Positions 6,348 to 16,979 of a stretch of 48,792 nt of DNA are shown here, piece by piece; position 1 is the first letter of the stretch; each line of letters starts with the position of its first letter. The position numbers were made by a program, and so were the translations under genes. The notes below the pieces were generated by a model. The model did no database searches, was not told the DNA's origin, and saw only the letters and a list, made by a program, of their open reading frames with translations. Origin of the DNA: a virus (Duplodnaviria > Caudoviricetes); IMG/VR virus record IMGVR_UViG_3300020336_000012, positions 1 to 48,792 of that record; one strand, written 5' to 3'.

Positions 6348-8716
6348 TTTAAAATCTCATCAAACATTTCTTTTTTATATCCTTTTTTTAATCTGTCGTG
6401 CCACACTGCATTAACTAATCCTTCACAGTGTATATCAATATTAAGATCAAGTACATTACTATCTAACATCTGCTCTACATCTTGAGCTAATGCTAGTAGC
6501 TCTCCAGTTGTCCAAAACTTTTCAGCATCTATGTTACCATCTTCGATACCAACATTCATAAACAATGGCATACCGTCAGGACGTTTCTCATTATAGTTCT
6601 CTGGTCTTTCTAATAAAGAAGAATCAAAACCATACAGATGGAAGTTTCTAAATCCTAACGTATGAAACAACCCAACTGATCTAGTAGCTGCACATGTACC
6701 ACCCGTTATAAGATACTTTCCATTTAAGAAAGGATACTTAGACACAGCGTTAGAGAATGCATGGAACCCTATAATATTGTCTGTCTTAGTTAACAGGTAA
6801 TCTAACACGCTTGTATCAGTCATGCTTGCAACCATTAACTTAGTTTCAGCTGGAATGTTTTCGAATAAAGTTTTCCTTACTACACCGTGCGTACTCTCAC
6901 CTTCAATAGAACGTGGGTCTAAGATAGTACAGGCGTATGGAATGATGTCATGCTTTAACAAAGTGGGTAGTGAATGTTTAACACATACAACCTTTGCTCC
7001 AGCTTCTTGCTTCTCCTTGATCTCGTCAATATAGTTAACAAGAGAAGGACCAGCAGACGCTACCACAACTGTTTCCCAATTGAGTCTGCCTTTATCATCC
7101 ACCCATCTTTTTATCTTAGGTGTGTTAGTTTCTATATTATTTTTAATATGTTCTTTAGGCATACAGTCTTGAGGATTAACTTTAATCGGCATACGATCTG
7201 GAGCCAACTTAGGTGGTAGTCCTCTTTTTGTATCCTTTACAACGATAGCTAAGTTAGTGATACCACCGCCAACAATTAAATCATTTGTAGGTATCACAGC
7301 CTTTAGATACTTCTTGTCAATGTCGTTATCAATTATCTCGTTGCATCCAAATGCTTTCGTATCTGGAGCATCTTGCCCATCAACTGCTGTGTAATAATCA
7401 TCGAACAGTACAACAGGTATGTGCTTGACTGCATTGTAGTCGGATCGAATTGTGTCAACACTGTGTCCACCATCTACGTAGGCAAAGTCAGGTTTAATGT
7501 TATGAGTATTACAGTAATCTTTATTCTTTAATACCTTGAGCGTTTCATTAGTGTTGCCTTTAATAATATGATAAGTAAACTCTTTATCATTCTTTGCAGC
7601 AGTCTGGGCAAAGTTGAATAGAAACCCTTTAACATCTTCTTCGCTGTAATGTTTCTTTACATTCTTCTCATTACTGTCATCTTGTTCTGTTGCAGTTTCG
7701 AACAGATCGAATCCCGTGTAATGAACTTTCTCTACGCCAGCTTCAAATAATGCAGATGCCATCTTGATAGCCCTTGCACCTGTCCACGTACCAATCTCTA
7801 GTATGTTGTTAAACTGATAATGAGCTACAAGTTTATGTATCATTGAATTACGTTGTGGTCCTGACACATCTGGAGGTAACTCACCTGTAATCTTTTGATT
7901 ACCTTTATTATGAATCATATAACTACCAATGTCAGCCATATCAAACGCATCTAGATCAGGACACTGTTCAGTTAGATTGTTAACCTTTAAACCATGTATG
8001 GTGTACATAGTAAGTAAACGAGTGAACACAAAAGCATCTGTCCATTCCCTGTATCCGAACACTTCACCACTTACATAGATACCACGAAAGTCATTAAGGA
8101 ATTCTTGAACACGTATGCTTGAAAGATTAAAAGAAATAAAAGATGTACAGCTGTAGTCAATAGCTGTCCTACCTAAATGACTGATGTCATCAAGCTCAAC
8201 ATTATCTCCTGTACATATCATCTCAAGAGCTTCCTGAAATGAAACATTCTTTCTTGTTCGTGAGTCTGAATCAATCCAAGCCAAGTGTCCTACGTCTGCT
8301 TCTAAAGGATTAATCCCTCTTTTAACAGCGTCACTGTGTGCAATATGAATAAGCCTGTTAGCTTCTCCTGTCATAGCAAAGACTTTATGAGAGAACCTTG
8401 CAGCATCCATTCGGTAATTGTATGTGTCATCCTGAACAAATGTTCTAGGAGGCCACTGCTCTATCTCATCGTAACCTTCAGGTCTTCCATTGTTTTCTCC
8501 ATACGTATCTTGAAAGCCAAACCATTCTTTATCTTTCTCTAACTTAAAGTAAGATATACGATCACTTTCTACTACGTCTTCTGGTAAGTCACCGCCATCG
8601 TAATACACAGCAAGGTTTACTTTCTTGTCCCACTTCTCATCAAACGATGTTAAGAACTCTTTAGCATATAAGTCCCATGCTTTGATTGGGAAACTTGTTA
8701 CAATATTAATACTCAT
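6344..8716 (-). CDS. tri-domain protein: GT-A glycosyltransferase + class I SAM methyltransferase + Maf/DUF115-like domain
   Basis: N-term: RFSHKVFA, WIDSD (DxD), EW.DAFVF; middle: ILEIGTW.G, GFDLFE, YVDGGHS, LFDDYY; C-term: VASAGPSL, TILDPR, GGT, LGFRNFHLYGFDSS. Confidence 0.72.
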   Translation of the reverse strand: MSINIVTSFPIKAWDLYAKEFLTSFDEKWDKKVNLAVYYDGGDLPEDVVESDRISYFKLEKDKEWFGFQDTYGENNGRPEGYDEIEQWPPRTFVQDDTYNYRMDAARFSHKVFAMTGEANRLIHIAHSDAVKRGINPLEADVGHLAWIDSDSRTRKNVSFQEALEMICTGDNVELDDISHLGRTAIDYSCTSFISFNLSSIRVQEFLNDFRGIYVSGEVFGYREWTDAFVFTRLLTMYTIHGLKVNNLTEQCPDLDAFDMADIGSYMIHNKGNQKITGELPPDVSGPQRNSMIHKLVAHYQFNNILEIGTWTGARAIKMASALFEAGVEKVHYTGFDLFETATEQDDSNEKNVKKHYSEEDVKGFLFNFAQTAAKNDKEFTYHIIKGNTNETLKVLKNKDYCNTHNIKPDFAYVDGGHSVDTIRSDYNAVKHIPVVLFDDYYTAVDGQDAPDTKAFGCNEIIDNDIDKKYLKAVIPTNDLIVGGGITNLAIVVKDTKRGLPPKLAPDRMPIKVNPQDCMPKEHIKNNIETNTPKIKRWVDDKGRLNWETVVVASAGPSLVNYIDEIKEKQEAGAKVVCVKHSLPTLLKHDIIPYACTILDPRSIEGESTHGVVRKTLFENIPAETKLMVASMTDTSVLDYLLTKTDNIIGFHAFSNAVSKYPFLNGKYLITGGTCAATRSVGLFHTLGFRNFHLYGFDSSLLERPENYNEKRPDGMPLFMNVGIEDGNIDAEKFWTTGELLALAQDVEQMLDSNVLDLNIDIHCEGLVNAVWHDRLKKGYKKEMFDEILK

Positions 8717-8719
8717 CTT

Positions 8720-9517
8720 CTACTTTCCTGCTGTTAATCTTCTTGCGTTTTCTTCGAACCTAATGTAGTCCCATTTATCGTACAATGCTTCGACATATGC
8801 TTTGCGCCATTCGAAAGAGTAATCAACATACTCGTATCCTTTGAACCACGGGCCACCTTCTGAGAAATGAACAGCAAAAGCATCATCATCTCTGGAAGAA
8901 ACAGTCGGAACGTGGTTCCACTTTTCAGGAATAGATCCAATAAGTTTATCTTCGTTTAACCATGTGAATGTATGTAAGTCTATTCCGTAAGCATTGTTTA
9001 GTTTAATGTAACCCATTCTTTTATTTTCTGGATGGTCTAAGTTCCATAGCATAAGAGAAGACCATAGCTTACGTGGGTAGGATGATTGAATTTTATTGTC
9101 CATCTTAACAGTGCTACGTGGCTTCCAATCAAACTTAACACACATAACTGCATACTGGTCATCGACTAAATCAAATAACTGTTGAACAGGTCTACGGAAT
9201 AAAAAGTCACAGTCAACAAACATAGTCCATCCGGTTTGGTTATGGACTGTAGTTGCGTATTCTTGTAACGCGAATCTTGTGTGAGAGAACTCTGTAGAGA
9301 AAGGCTTACCGTCTAGCTCATCCCAGTACTGTCCGTCTTCATCAATGACCCACCGTCTGTCGAAGAGTCCCATGTCTCTAAGCTCTTGATGCTTCATTGG
9401 AATTGGATTTACACTGAAGTCTTCGTTGTTGTACTTCAATAGCGAATGTCGGCAGACTTCGTAAGCCTCTTGCTCACGAGAGTCATAGCCTATGTATACG
9501 TTGATTGGCTGTTTCAT
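8720..9517 (-). CDS. GT-A glycosyltransferase (GT8-like)
   Basis: VYIGYD.RE, STEFS.TRF, FVDCDFLF (DxD), AVMCVK, YPRK.WSSLMLWN, HF.EGGPWF. Confidence 0.8.
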   Translation of the reverse strand: MKQPINVYIGYDSREQEAYEVCRHSLLKYNNEDFSVNPIPMKHQELRDMGLFDRRWVIDEDGQYWDELDGKPFSTEFSHTRFALQEYATTVHNQTGWTMFVDCDFLFRRPVQQLFDLVDDQYAVMCVKFDWKPRSTVKMDNKIQSSYPRKLWSSLMLWNLDHPENKRMGYIKLNNAYGIDLHTFTWLNEDKLIGSIPEKWNHVPTVSSRDDDAFAVHFSEGGPWFKGYEYVDYSFEWRKAYVEALYDKWDYIRFEENARRLTAGK

Positions 9518-9524
9518 ACAGCTA

Positions 9525-9553
9525 TTTATAGGAACAAAGTATTAATATGTCAA
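9525..9553 (-). promoter_or_regulatory. sigma70-type promoter for the glycosyltransferase/holin block, probably leaderless
   Basis: minus strand TTGACA(9553-9548)-17 nt-TATAAA(9530-9525), 7 nt before ATG 9517; no SD. Confidence 0.55.
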
Positions 9554-12500
9554 CCTTGTACTGGTGGAATATAGCCTCTTCTTCTTCCTTCATCTATTTC
9601 TCTACGAACATCTCTACGTACTCTTGGACCTGCCTGTTCAGTAAGACCTAATGATCTTAAAGCTCTTTTATTAATAGTACTAAAATTAATATTATACTTT
9701 TTTGAAGGATTAGATTGATTTCTCAAGTCATGTTGAGTTACTCTTTGATAGTCTTGTAGAAACTTTCTATAGTTATCCATAGCTTTACTTACTTTACCTT
9801 TTCTCATAAAGTTATAGTAGTTTCCTAAAGAAATAGACATCCTGTTAGAGTACATATCTTTACCGTTTTTAGAACGGTAGTTGTAGTAATTTTCTAATCC
9901 TCTTCTTTCTCTAGCTCTTGCTACTTTAGTAGGAGTAAATCCAAACATAGATGTAACCATCTGTCCTCCAGTTAATGCGTTTGCTGGAAGAAGCTGTTGC
10001 CCTCTTTGTGTTAAAGTTCCAGATTTTCCTTCGTTAATTAACGCTCTTGTAAGGTTACCTACAGCAACAGGAACTAGATTTTGAATAACACCTAATGTTT
10101 TTTCTACCGAACCTTCTCCTCTTTCTAGTGCGTTATTTATACCAGCAACTTGATCTATAATTCTTGAGATAGCTGGACCTGTAAAGTCGGCAGGATCTCC
10201 ACCCATAATAAGACGTAAAGGTATTACATCTCCGTAAGTAGATCTTCTTGATATGTCTATACCTAAACCTCGTGGCAGTCCTCTCAGTAGCATATCAGTA
10301 GGATCGTATCCCATGATAGGTCCGATAACTTCTCTAAGTCCTTGTTCAATATCCTCACCAACCTCATCTCCAAAATTTTCTGTGATAAACTTAATCATTT
10401 GTTTTACGTTTTCCATGAAAGGTAATCCCATTACACCACCAAAACCCATCATGGTTAAAGTCATAAGACCTAACTGTTTACGTGCCATACTTTTAACTAC
10501 ATCTCTTTGATCAGGATCAACCTCTTCAAGTCTTGCACCTAACGATCTGTTAAAAGCTGTGGCATATAAACCCATCATTTGAAATAAGAAACTTTGAAAC
10601 TGTGTTACTGCACTCATCACAGGTCCACGGAATAGAGTTGGTCTATTCTCTTTACCCATGAAGAACTGAGTTTTCTCTACCCCCATTTCTCCCATACGTC
10701 TAGCCCATGCTTCTTCAGGACTGATTGTTTCAGTAACTCCTTTTAGATCAGATTCCTGTATGTCTAAAGGTAGACCATTACTATCTACTCTTGGGTTTGC
10801 AAATCTAGTTGCACCTGAAAAAGAATCCCATCTTTTTCTAGATTTGGGATCTAAAGCATCTCTCTTAGCTGATCTATAGAACGCGAGAGCAGCTGTGATC
10901 CTGTTACTGTTTTCTATTAAACCAAATCCAAAACCAGATGCGTCTGCTAATATTCTTCCTAAGTTGCTATTTAAATTTTGAGATAGATATCCTGAACCTA
11001 AATCCATATTCTGAATTGGTTGTATTGATCCACGTTTAAATAAATCAGCAAGAAATAAAAATTCTTTTTCATCCATCCATTTAGGTTTACGAGAAGGATC
11101 AACAACAACTTTAGTAACTCCTGCTTCATCTGTAACAGTAGTATAAAATTCAAAACCATATTTACCTGTTCGTGGTAACTGTTTTCTATCCTGAACCATG
11201 TGTTTAAAAAGTCTTATAGCATCTCTCTGGGCTTTAGCTACATCTCCTGCACCTTTAGCCATTCCCGTTATAGAAGACAAAATAGGATAAGTTGCTTGAA
11301 CAGTTTGAGTTAAGTTAATAACAGCTGATGATAAGTTAAAACCTAAGAACATATGGAAAGCATACCCACGTAACATGGTTGCTTCGTTGTTAGCATCATT
11401 AACATATTCAAAAGTTTTTTGAGCTACCTTATATAGGTTAGATTGTTCTCCACCCTGAACCTTTTCCCTTATATTATTAATCGCTCTTATTATCTTAGGT
11501 TCTTCGTAAAGAGAAGATGCAGTGTTTGATCCTGTATCTACATATCTTTGTATAGCTTGTTTGTAATATCGTCCATCATTATTACTTCTATTTAAATATC
11601 CGGGTATCCCTTTTCTAGGACGGGTTAAAGATTCAGCACGACTTAGAGAAATTTCATTCTCTATAATCTCAAACATTCTATCTAGTTCACTTTTTCCTTT
11701 ACCACTTCCACTGATTTTAGATTTTGGATCTTGATCTTTTATTATTTCAGCTAACATCTGTACTTTACCCATTACACGAGCAATACCAGCTGAGTCTCTT
11801 AGGGCATCATCACCTCTTCTTAGTTGGTCAAGGGTAAGATCAAGAGGTTCAACAATAACCTGTTCTCCAACCTGATCCCCATACTCTGCTTGAACTGTTT
11901 TTAAAAGCTCTTGTCTTTTACGTTCTACATTTGTTTTAGCTGCTTCACCTATTCCCGGTAAGTTACCAATTCTTTCAACTGAAGTATCTGGCACAACTTC
12001 TACACGAATTAATTCATAATCTTTCCTATCCCGTACAAGTGGACCTTTTTGTATCTTTCCTTTGAACGTCCCTGATATGTTTCTATATACAGCAACACCT
12101 TTATCTCCAAACCTATAACGAGGAAAGTAACCAGCCCTTCCTTCTTCAAGCATAACATTGAACAGTCTAAAGATTCTATTAGCTTGCTCATAATCTAAAC
12201 CATCTAATAGTTTATCTTTATTATTTTTATTTGCCTTTCTATATGCGTCCCACTTTTCTGCGTCTAAAACATTCACACCATCTTTCTCAGATGATAAACC
12301 TTTCTTTTTTATAGTTGCCATAATCTTCTTTAAATCAGCAAATGCTCTGTCGTATCCTTGTCCAGTTTCTATTCCTAGATTAGTAGACTTTAATCCTTTA
12401 GTGTTTAAAAGGTTATGTAAGATGCCTAAAGAAACTTGTTCATGTACTGATGAGATTGCTAGACTAGATCCTGCAAAAGCATTAACTATTTTAGGATCAG

Positions 12501-15500
12501 TTACTCTAATAGTATATTGTTTAGTTTGGTTACCTTCTTCATCTGTTACAATCCTAACACTATCCTCTATCACAGAAGGATCAATATTTGCATCTTCGTA
12601 AAACTTTTCTAAAGTAGTATAAGTTTTTTTAATCTGGTCTAAGTCAGATTGATTAAACTGTATGGTGGCAGTTGCGTTTTCTGTATTTAAATTTTCAAAC
12701 TTAGGTTCAGCTATAGCTTCGTCAGCTATCGTAGATAAGTTCTGAACCTTAACAAAATCTTCACGAGACAGGTTAAAGATTCCTCTATAATCTCCTACTT
12801 TTTCTAATAAGATTTCAGCAGCTTGTTTGATAGAGTTACGACTCATAACCCTATCTTGTAAACCATTATAAAAATCTCTGAACTCTCTACTCTTTTCCGC
12901 AATAGCAGAAAGATGACTAAAGATTCTACCCCATCCACTTATATCTCTCATCATATCTTCACCGTTTTCGTCTTTACCAACAACACGGCTTCTGTATTTT
13001 GTTGCTTTTAATATCTCATCTAATGTTGCACCTAAAACATTAGTTGAATTAGCTGGCATAAATTCCATAGCTAAAGAAGCACCAGCAACTGCATCTCTTT
13101 CAGCTGTCATCTCTGCAAGAGTTCCATTAGTAAAATCTCTTAACTGATCTCTAACCATCTCATCCCAATTTACAGGTCTTTCTCTTAAAGAAGGATCTTT
13201 TAATATTATGGATTTCACTGCTCTTCCAACATCTTTTAAAAAGTCTTCTATAATTTTAAACAAACTACGAGCTTGAGGAGTTAAACCGATAATGTCGTAA
13301 CCACCTGCCCATCTACCAGCTACCCAAGCTTGTGCTTCTTCTGTCAGTAGATTCATTGCTACTTCTCTTTGTTCCTCTATAGAAGCATTAGCATTAAGTG
13401 CTAAAAATGCTCCCTGCATTCTAGCCTGTTCTCTATAAGCTTCCTGTATGTCTATAAGCTCACCTTCACTGGTTAGAAGAGGACTATCCCATCCATTTTT
13501 TCTAGCTAAATTTATTGTTAATACTTTATTAAATATTTTGTTTTGTTCAGGAGTAAAGAGAAGTCTCCTAGCTGCATGATAAGCTTCGTGATACGTTGTA
13601 CTAACAAGATCTTGCCAAACATCTATTCCATTTTTAGTAATGACTCCTTCTGGGTACTTTAAAAATTCTAACCCTAAAGTTAGAGTATTAGTACCTGAGT
13701 TATAACTACCACCTTGTCCTGCTACGTCTTGAAATTTAATAGTAAGATCAGGAATTCTTTCTTTTAGCTCTAAATTAATATCTCCCTTTTCACTTTTTGA
13801 GAATTCAAATATCCTGTTTCCATCTTTATCTGTTGATACATTCTTAACTATCTTTGCACCACTAGCCATACCAAGTGAATTAATTATAGCACTAACTATT
13901 CTATCTTGTTTCTGACGTATCTCTGGCTCTCCTAAAGTTGGCATCTCATTTTCGGTATCTTTTATTTCTTGTAAACGAGAGTTGCTATAAACGTTCTTAA
14001 ATATTTGTTCTCGTGTATTTTCTTTTATAAAATTACTTATTTGCTGTAGCTCTTGCTGAACAGTAGCAGGTGGGTTTTCTTCTAAGAATTTTTTAATACC
14101 GTCATCAAGATTATTTTGCATTCCTGTAAAAGTCTCAAGTATATCTTCTATCGTTACTCCTTTAGTTTTGTTATCTATATACTTTTTAAGATATTTTTCG
14201 TAGACACTGTCCTTAATTTTTATGTACTTATCACCTACATATATTTCTCCCTCACTTAATTCTTTAATAAGGTGTTCACGAAATTCTCTCATCGACTGAT
14301 TACTTTTTGAATTAGGTATCATCCTTCCCTTCTCATCTGAATCATACAACTCATCAGAAAATTCTAACGCCTGAACGTCTATTTGTCCTTCTTTTTTCTT
14401 TGCATTAAATATTTTCGATTTGTCAGCCATTCTTTTTACCAAGATATCTAATAAAGATATGGAATCAAATTCTTCTGAACTATTGAAAGCTTCTTGTGCT
14501 TTACCAATAACACCAGCTGACTGTCCTGCTGAATTCATTACATTAACTATTCTTGTTATGGATTCACGGGCTATGTCTTTTAGCTCTTCTTCGCTACTAG
14601 CATCTAGGTCGTCCAAAGCACCAACCATTTCTTCAGGCGAAAGTTCTTCAATTGGTTTAGGTTTTGGGTCAGCTACAACTTCTTCTTCAACAGCAACATC
14701 CACTTCACCATCTTCAGTAATATCTACATCTTCTGTTGCTCCTTCTACTGTTTCAGTGTCAGTGTCAGTGTCAGTGTCGGTGTCGGTGTCGGTTCCTTCT
14801 TTTGCAGCACCCTTTTTAATTCCTTCTCCAAGTAACTTTATAATATCTGTATCCTGAATCTTTTTTGCAATCTTACGCTCATCAGATTTTAATTTAGCTA
14901 TTGCAGGAATTAAAATATCCGCAGCTTTATCGGGACTAAAATTAGGATTTTCTAAAGTCACTCTTACTTTTTTTGTTAGATTAATATAATCTGATTGAAA
15001 CTTCTCAAGATCAACTGCTTTTTTTAATACTTCTGCTACTTCTCCAAAATTTTCCATACCCCCAGATTTGATTTCCAAGTCTCGCAGCATTGAGTTAAAT
15101 ACGTTAAGTAGTTCACTTTGATTAACCCTTTTAAGAATGTCCTTTATAAAGGCATCACTAAAAGCAGCTTCGTTTTCATTACCGTAAAGATTAGCAAGTG
15201 CTTTCTGACTTAAACGTAGTTCATTATTAGGAGATCTTAAATCAATTCTATCTTGTTGTATTTGATAATCTGTTCCGTAATTTACAGCATCATTAAAACG
15301 ATTATTAACTTCTGTCTCAAGGGCATCTACATCTAGTTTACTAAAAGCACCTCTTGATCCATAGTCAGCTTTAAGTTGCTCAATCTCAGCAGCTGAATAG
15401 AAAGCTGATTCTTTATTTTCTTTTTGTTCGTCTGTCTGGTTTAAAAAAACTTTAGGATTTACTATGACAGAAAGACTATCTTCTATACTTTTCTCATGCT

Positions 15501-16974
15501 TAACTCTTCTATCATTAACATGTTTTACATAAGTATCTTTTATAAAGGATGTGTTATTTTCTTTGTCTTCTTTTGCTAACCTTCGTAAATAATCAGGATT
15601 ATAAAGAAGATTACCTTTATCATCTTTCTGGCTAGCTAAGTAACTAAGTATTTCATTTGATGTATAAACAGAATCATTAAGAGCTTTCTCCATTAAAGAA
15701 TTAGATCTTCTTAGCTTTTGTTCAACTCTTTCTTTCCTTTTAAACAATGCACCTGCTGCTGTTCTTTCCTCATTGGTGTACTTACCACTATTAACAACCT
15801 GTTCAAAAGTAGCACCTTCTCCAAATGCATCTTTAATAGCTGTATCTACTTCTTCTATTTCTTTAGCAGATTTATCGGCTTCAGTTTCGATAGCTTTGAA
15901 TTCCTTACTCTCAAGAAACTCATCCATTTTCTTTCTGTAACCACGAGACTTACGTAAAGCAAATGTAGATATGATTGCTTCTAAAGCACCACCTGCACCA
16001 CCACCATATAACCCTTCTTCTATTGCATCAGCATTAAGAAGTTCTTGATCAGGATTATAAATATATCTTTCAATAGCATTCTGACCTACAGCAGCAGCAA
16101 ACTCCTGTGATCCTTCAAGACCAACTGTCATTCCTACCCGTTTACCAAACTCTTTAAAGGGGGTATCTGTAATTCCTAATACGTTAGCTAGTCTTCCTTC
16201 TTGAGCAGACTTAGTAGTTTTCTTAATAAGGTCTTGTGTTGAAGTTGTTCCTAAACCTTCGCCATCAACGTACTTTAAAGACGGAAATATTTTTTTGATT
16301 TGTTTGTAAAGTCGAAGAGGAGTAGCTACTTCTGTTATACCTAATCCAGTTCCTAATAAAGTTGAATCTTTAATTTGTTCTGGATTCGCACCTGCTTTTA
16401 CTGCTCTTTCATAAGCTTCATCTGAACCTGTACCAGCAGCCAATGCAGCACCAACACCTATAGCAGCAGGTCCACTTACAACACCAACAGCAAGAGAGGG
16501 AGCAATGAATCCTAAAATAGAACCAAAAGCATTAAAGAATTTAAAGTAACCTTCTTTATCAGGAGAAGCTTTAATCTCCTCTGCTCCTGCTTTAAGATAC
16601 TCACCAGCTTGTCTAAGCCATCCTGCTTTATCTTCAGTCGGATCAAGATCTAAAACTTCTGCAATTCTTTCTGCACCACTTAGACCTGCACCTGTTGTAC
16701 CTAAAGCACCTGACTTTAATCCAGCAAGAGCTTCCATAAAATAATTACGATTAGGAGGACGTTTAACAACAGGTCCAGTAGGTTCTTCCTGTTGTTCTTG
16801 GTAGCCATACGCTTGCTCTACCATTCCATCTAATTCAGCTATTTGAGAATCAAGTCCATCTATTTGACCAGCTTCTTGCTTGGCGTACAGGACTTTCTGT
16901 AAGGCTTGTAAATCTGTGTAGTTATCAGGTATCTCTATTTCACCAACACCATCTACATTCATTAAGGAAGGCAT
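9550..16974 (-). CDS. giant internal virion / ejection protein with HExxH metallopeptidase-like and PLxRFG-like domains
   Basis: 2474 aa, last of the ejection-protein block; hydrophobic Gly/Ala helices near N- and C-termini; TYHEAYH...EEAQA; GYFPRYRFG. Confidence 0.65.
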   Translation of the reverse strand: MPSLMNVDGVGEIEIPDNYTDLQALQKVLYAKQEAGQIDGLDSQIAELDGMVEQAYGYQEQQEEPTGPVVKRPPNRNYFMEALAGLKSGALGTTGAGLSGAERIAEVLDLDPTEDKAGWLRQAGEYLKAGAEEIKASPDKEGYFKFFNAFGSILGFIAPSLAVGVVSGPAAIGVGAALAAGTGSDEAYERAVKAGANPEQIKDSTLLGTGLGITEVATPLRLYKQIKKIFPSLKYVDGEGLGTTSTQDLIKKTTKSAQEGRLANVLGITDTPFKEFGKRVGMTVGLEGSQEFAAAVGQNAIERYIYNPDQELLNADAIEEGLYGGGAGGALEAIISTFALRKSRGYRKKMDEFLESKEFKAIETEADKSAKEIEEVDTAIKDAFGEGATFEQVVNSGKYTNEERTAAGALFKRKERVEQKLRRSNSLMEKALNDSVYTSNEILSYLASQKDDKGNLLYNPDYLRRLAKEDKENNTSFIKDTYVKHVNDRRVKHEKSIEDSLSVIVNPKVFLNQTDEQKENKESAFYSAAEIEQLKADYGSRGAFSKLDVDALETEVNNRFNDAVNYGTDYQIQQDRIDLRSPNNELRLSQKALANLYGNENEAAFSDAFIKDILKRVNQSELLNVFNSMLRDLEIKSGGMENFGEVAEVLKKAVDLEKFQSDYINLTKKVRVTLENPNFSPDKAADILIPAIAKLKSDERKIAKKIQDTDIIKLLGEGIKKGAAKEGTDTDTDTDTDTDTETVEGATEDVDITEDGEVDVAVEEEVVADPKPKPIEELSPEEMVGALDDLDASSEEELKDIARESITRIVNVMNSAGQSAGVIGKAQEAFNSSEEFDSISLLDILVKRMADKSKIFNAKKKEGQIDVQALEFSDELYDSDEKGRMIPNSKSNQSMREFREHLIKELSEGEIYVGDKYIKIKDSVYEKYLKKYIDNKTKGVTIEDILETFTGMQNNLDDGIKKFLEENPPATVQQELQQISNFIKENTREQIFKNVYSNSRLQEIKDTENEMPTLGEPEIRQKQDRIVSAIINSLGMASGAKIVKNVSTDKDGNRIFEFSKSEKGDINLELKERIPDLTIKFQDVAGQGGSYNSGTNTLTLGLEFLKYPEGVITKNGIDVWQDLVSTTYHEAYHAARRLLFTPEQNKIFNKVLTINLARKNGWDSPLLTSEGELIDIQEAYREQARMQGAFLALNANASIEEQREVAMNLLTEEAQAWVAGRWAGGYDIIGLTPQARSLFKIIEDFLKDVGRAVKSIILKDPSLRERPVNWDEMVRDQLRDFTNGTLAEMTAERDAVAGASLAMEFMPANSTNVLGATLDEILKATKYRSRVVGKDENGEDMMRDISGWGRIFSHLSAIAEKSREFRDFYNGLQDRVMSRNSIKQAAEILLEKVGDYRGIFNLSREDFVKVQNLSTIADEAIAEPKFENLNTENATATIQFNQSDLDQIKKTYTTLEKFYEDANIDPSVIEDSVRIVTDEEGNQTKQYTIRVTDPKIVNAFAGSSLAISSVHEQVSLGILHNLLNTKGLKSTNLGIETGQGYDRAFADLKKIMATIKKKGLSSEKDGVNVLDAEKWDAYRKANKNNKDKLLDGLDYEQANRIFRLFNVMLEEGRAGYFPRYRFGDKGVAVYRNISGTFKGKIQKGPLVRDRKDYELIRVEVVPDTSVERIGNLPGIGEAAKTNVERKRQELLKTVQAEYGDQVGEQVIVEPLDLTLDQLRRGDDALRDSAGIARVMGKVQMLAEIIKDQDPKSKISGSGKGKSELDRMFEIIENEISLSRAESLTRPRKGIPGYLNRSNNDGRYYKQAIQRYVDTGSNTASSLYEEPKIIRAINNIREKVQGGEQSNLYKVAQKTFEYVNDANNEATMLRGYAFHMFLGFNLSSAVINLTQTVQATYPILSSITGMAKGAGDVAKAQRDAIRLFKHMVQDRKQLPRTGKYGFEFYTTVTDEAGVTKVVVDPSRKPKWMDEKEFLFLADLFKRGSIQPIQNMDLGSGYLSQNLNSNLGRILADASGFGFGLIENSNRITAALAFYRSAKRDALDPKSRKRWDSFSGATRFANPRVDSNGLPLDIQESDLKGVTETISPEEAWARRMGEMGVEKTQFFMGKENRPTLFRGPVMSAVTQFQSFLFQMMGLYATAFNRSLGARLEEVDPDQRDVVKSMARKQLGLMTLTMMGFGGVMGLPFMENVKQMIKFITENFGDEVGEDIEQGLREVIGPIMGYDPTDMLLRGLPRGLGIDISRRSTYGDVIPLRLIMGGDPADFTGPAISRIIDQVAGINNALERGEGSVEKTLGVIQNLVPVAVGNLTRALINEGKSGTLTQRGQQLLPANALTGGQMVTSMFGFTPTKVARARERRGLENYYNYRSKNGKDMYSNRMSISLGNYYNFMRKGKVSKAMDNYRKFLQDYQRVTQHDLRNQSNPSKKYNINFSTINKRALRSLGLTEQAGPRVRRDVRREIDEGRRRGYIPPVQG
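14753..14793. repeat. hexamer microsatellite (TCAGTG/TCGGTG)n encoding (TD)n
   Basis: about 7 tandem units read directly. Confidence 0.9.
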
Positions 16975-16979
16975 TGTGA

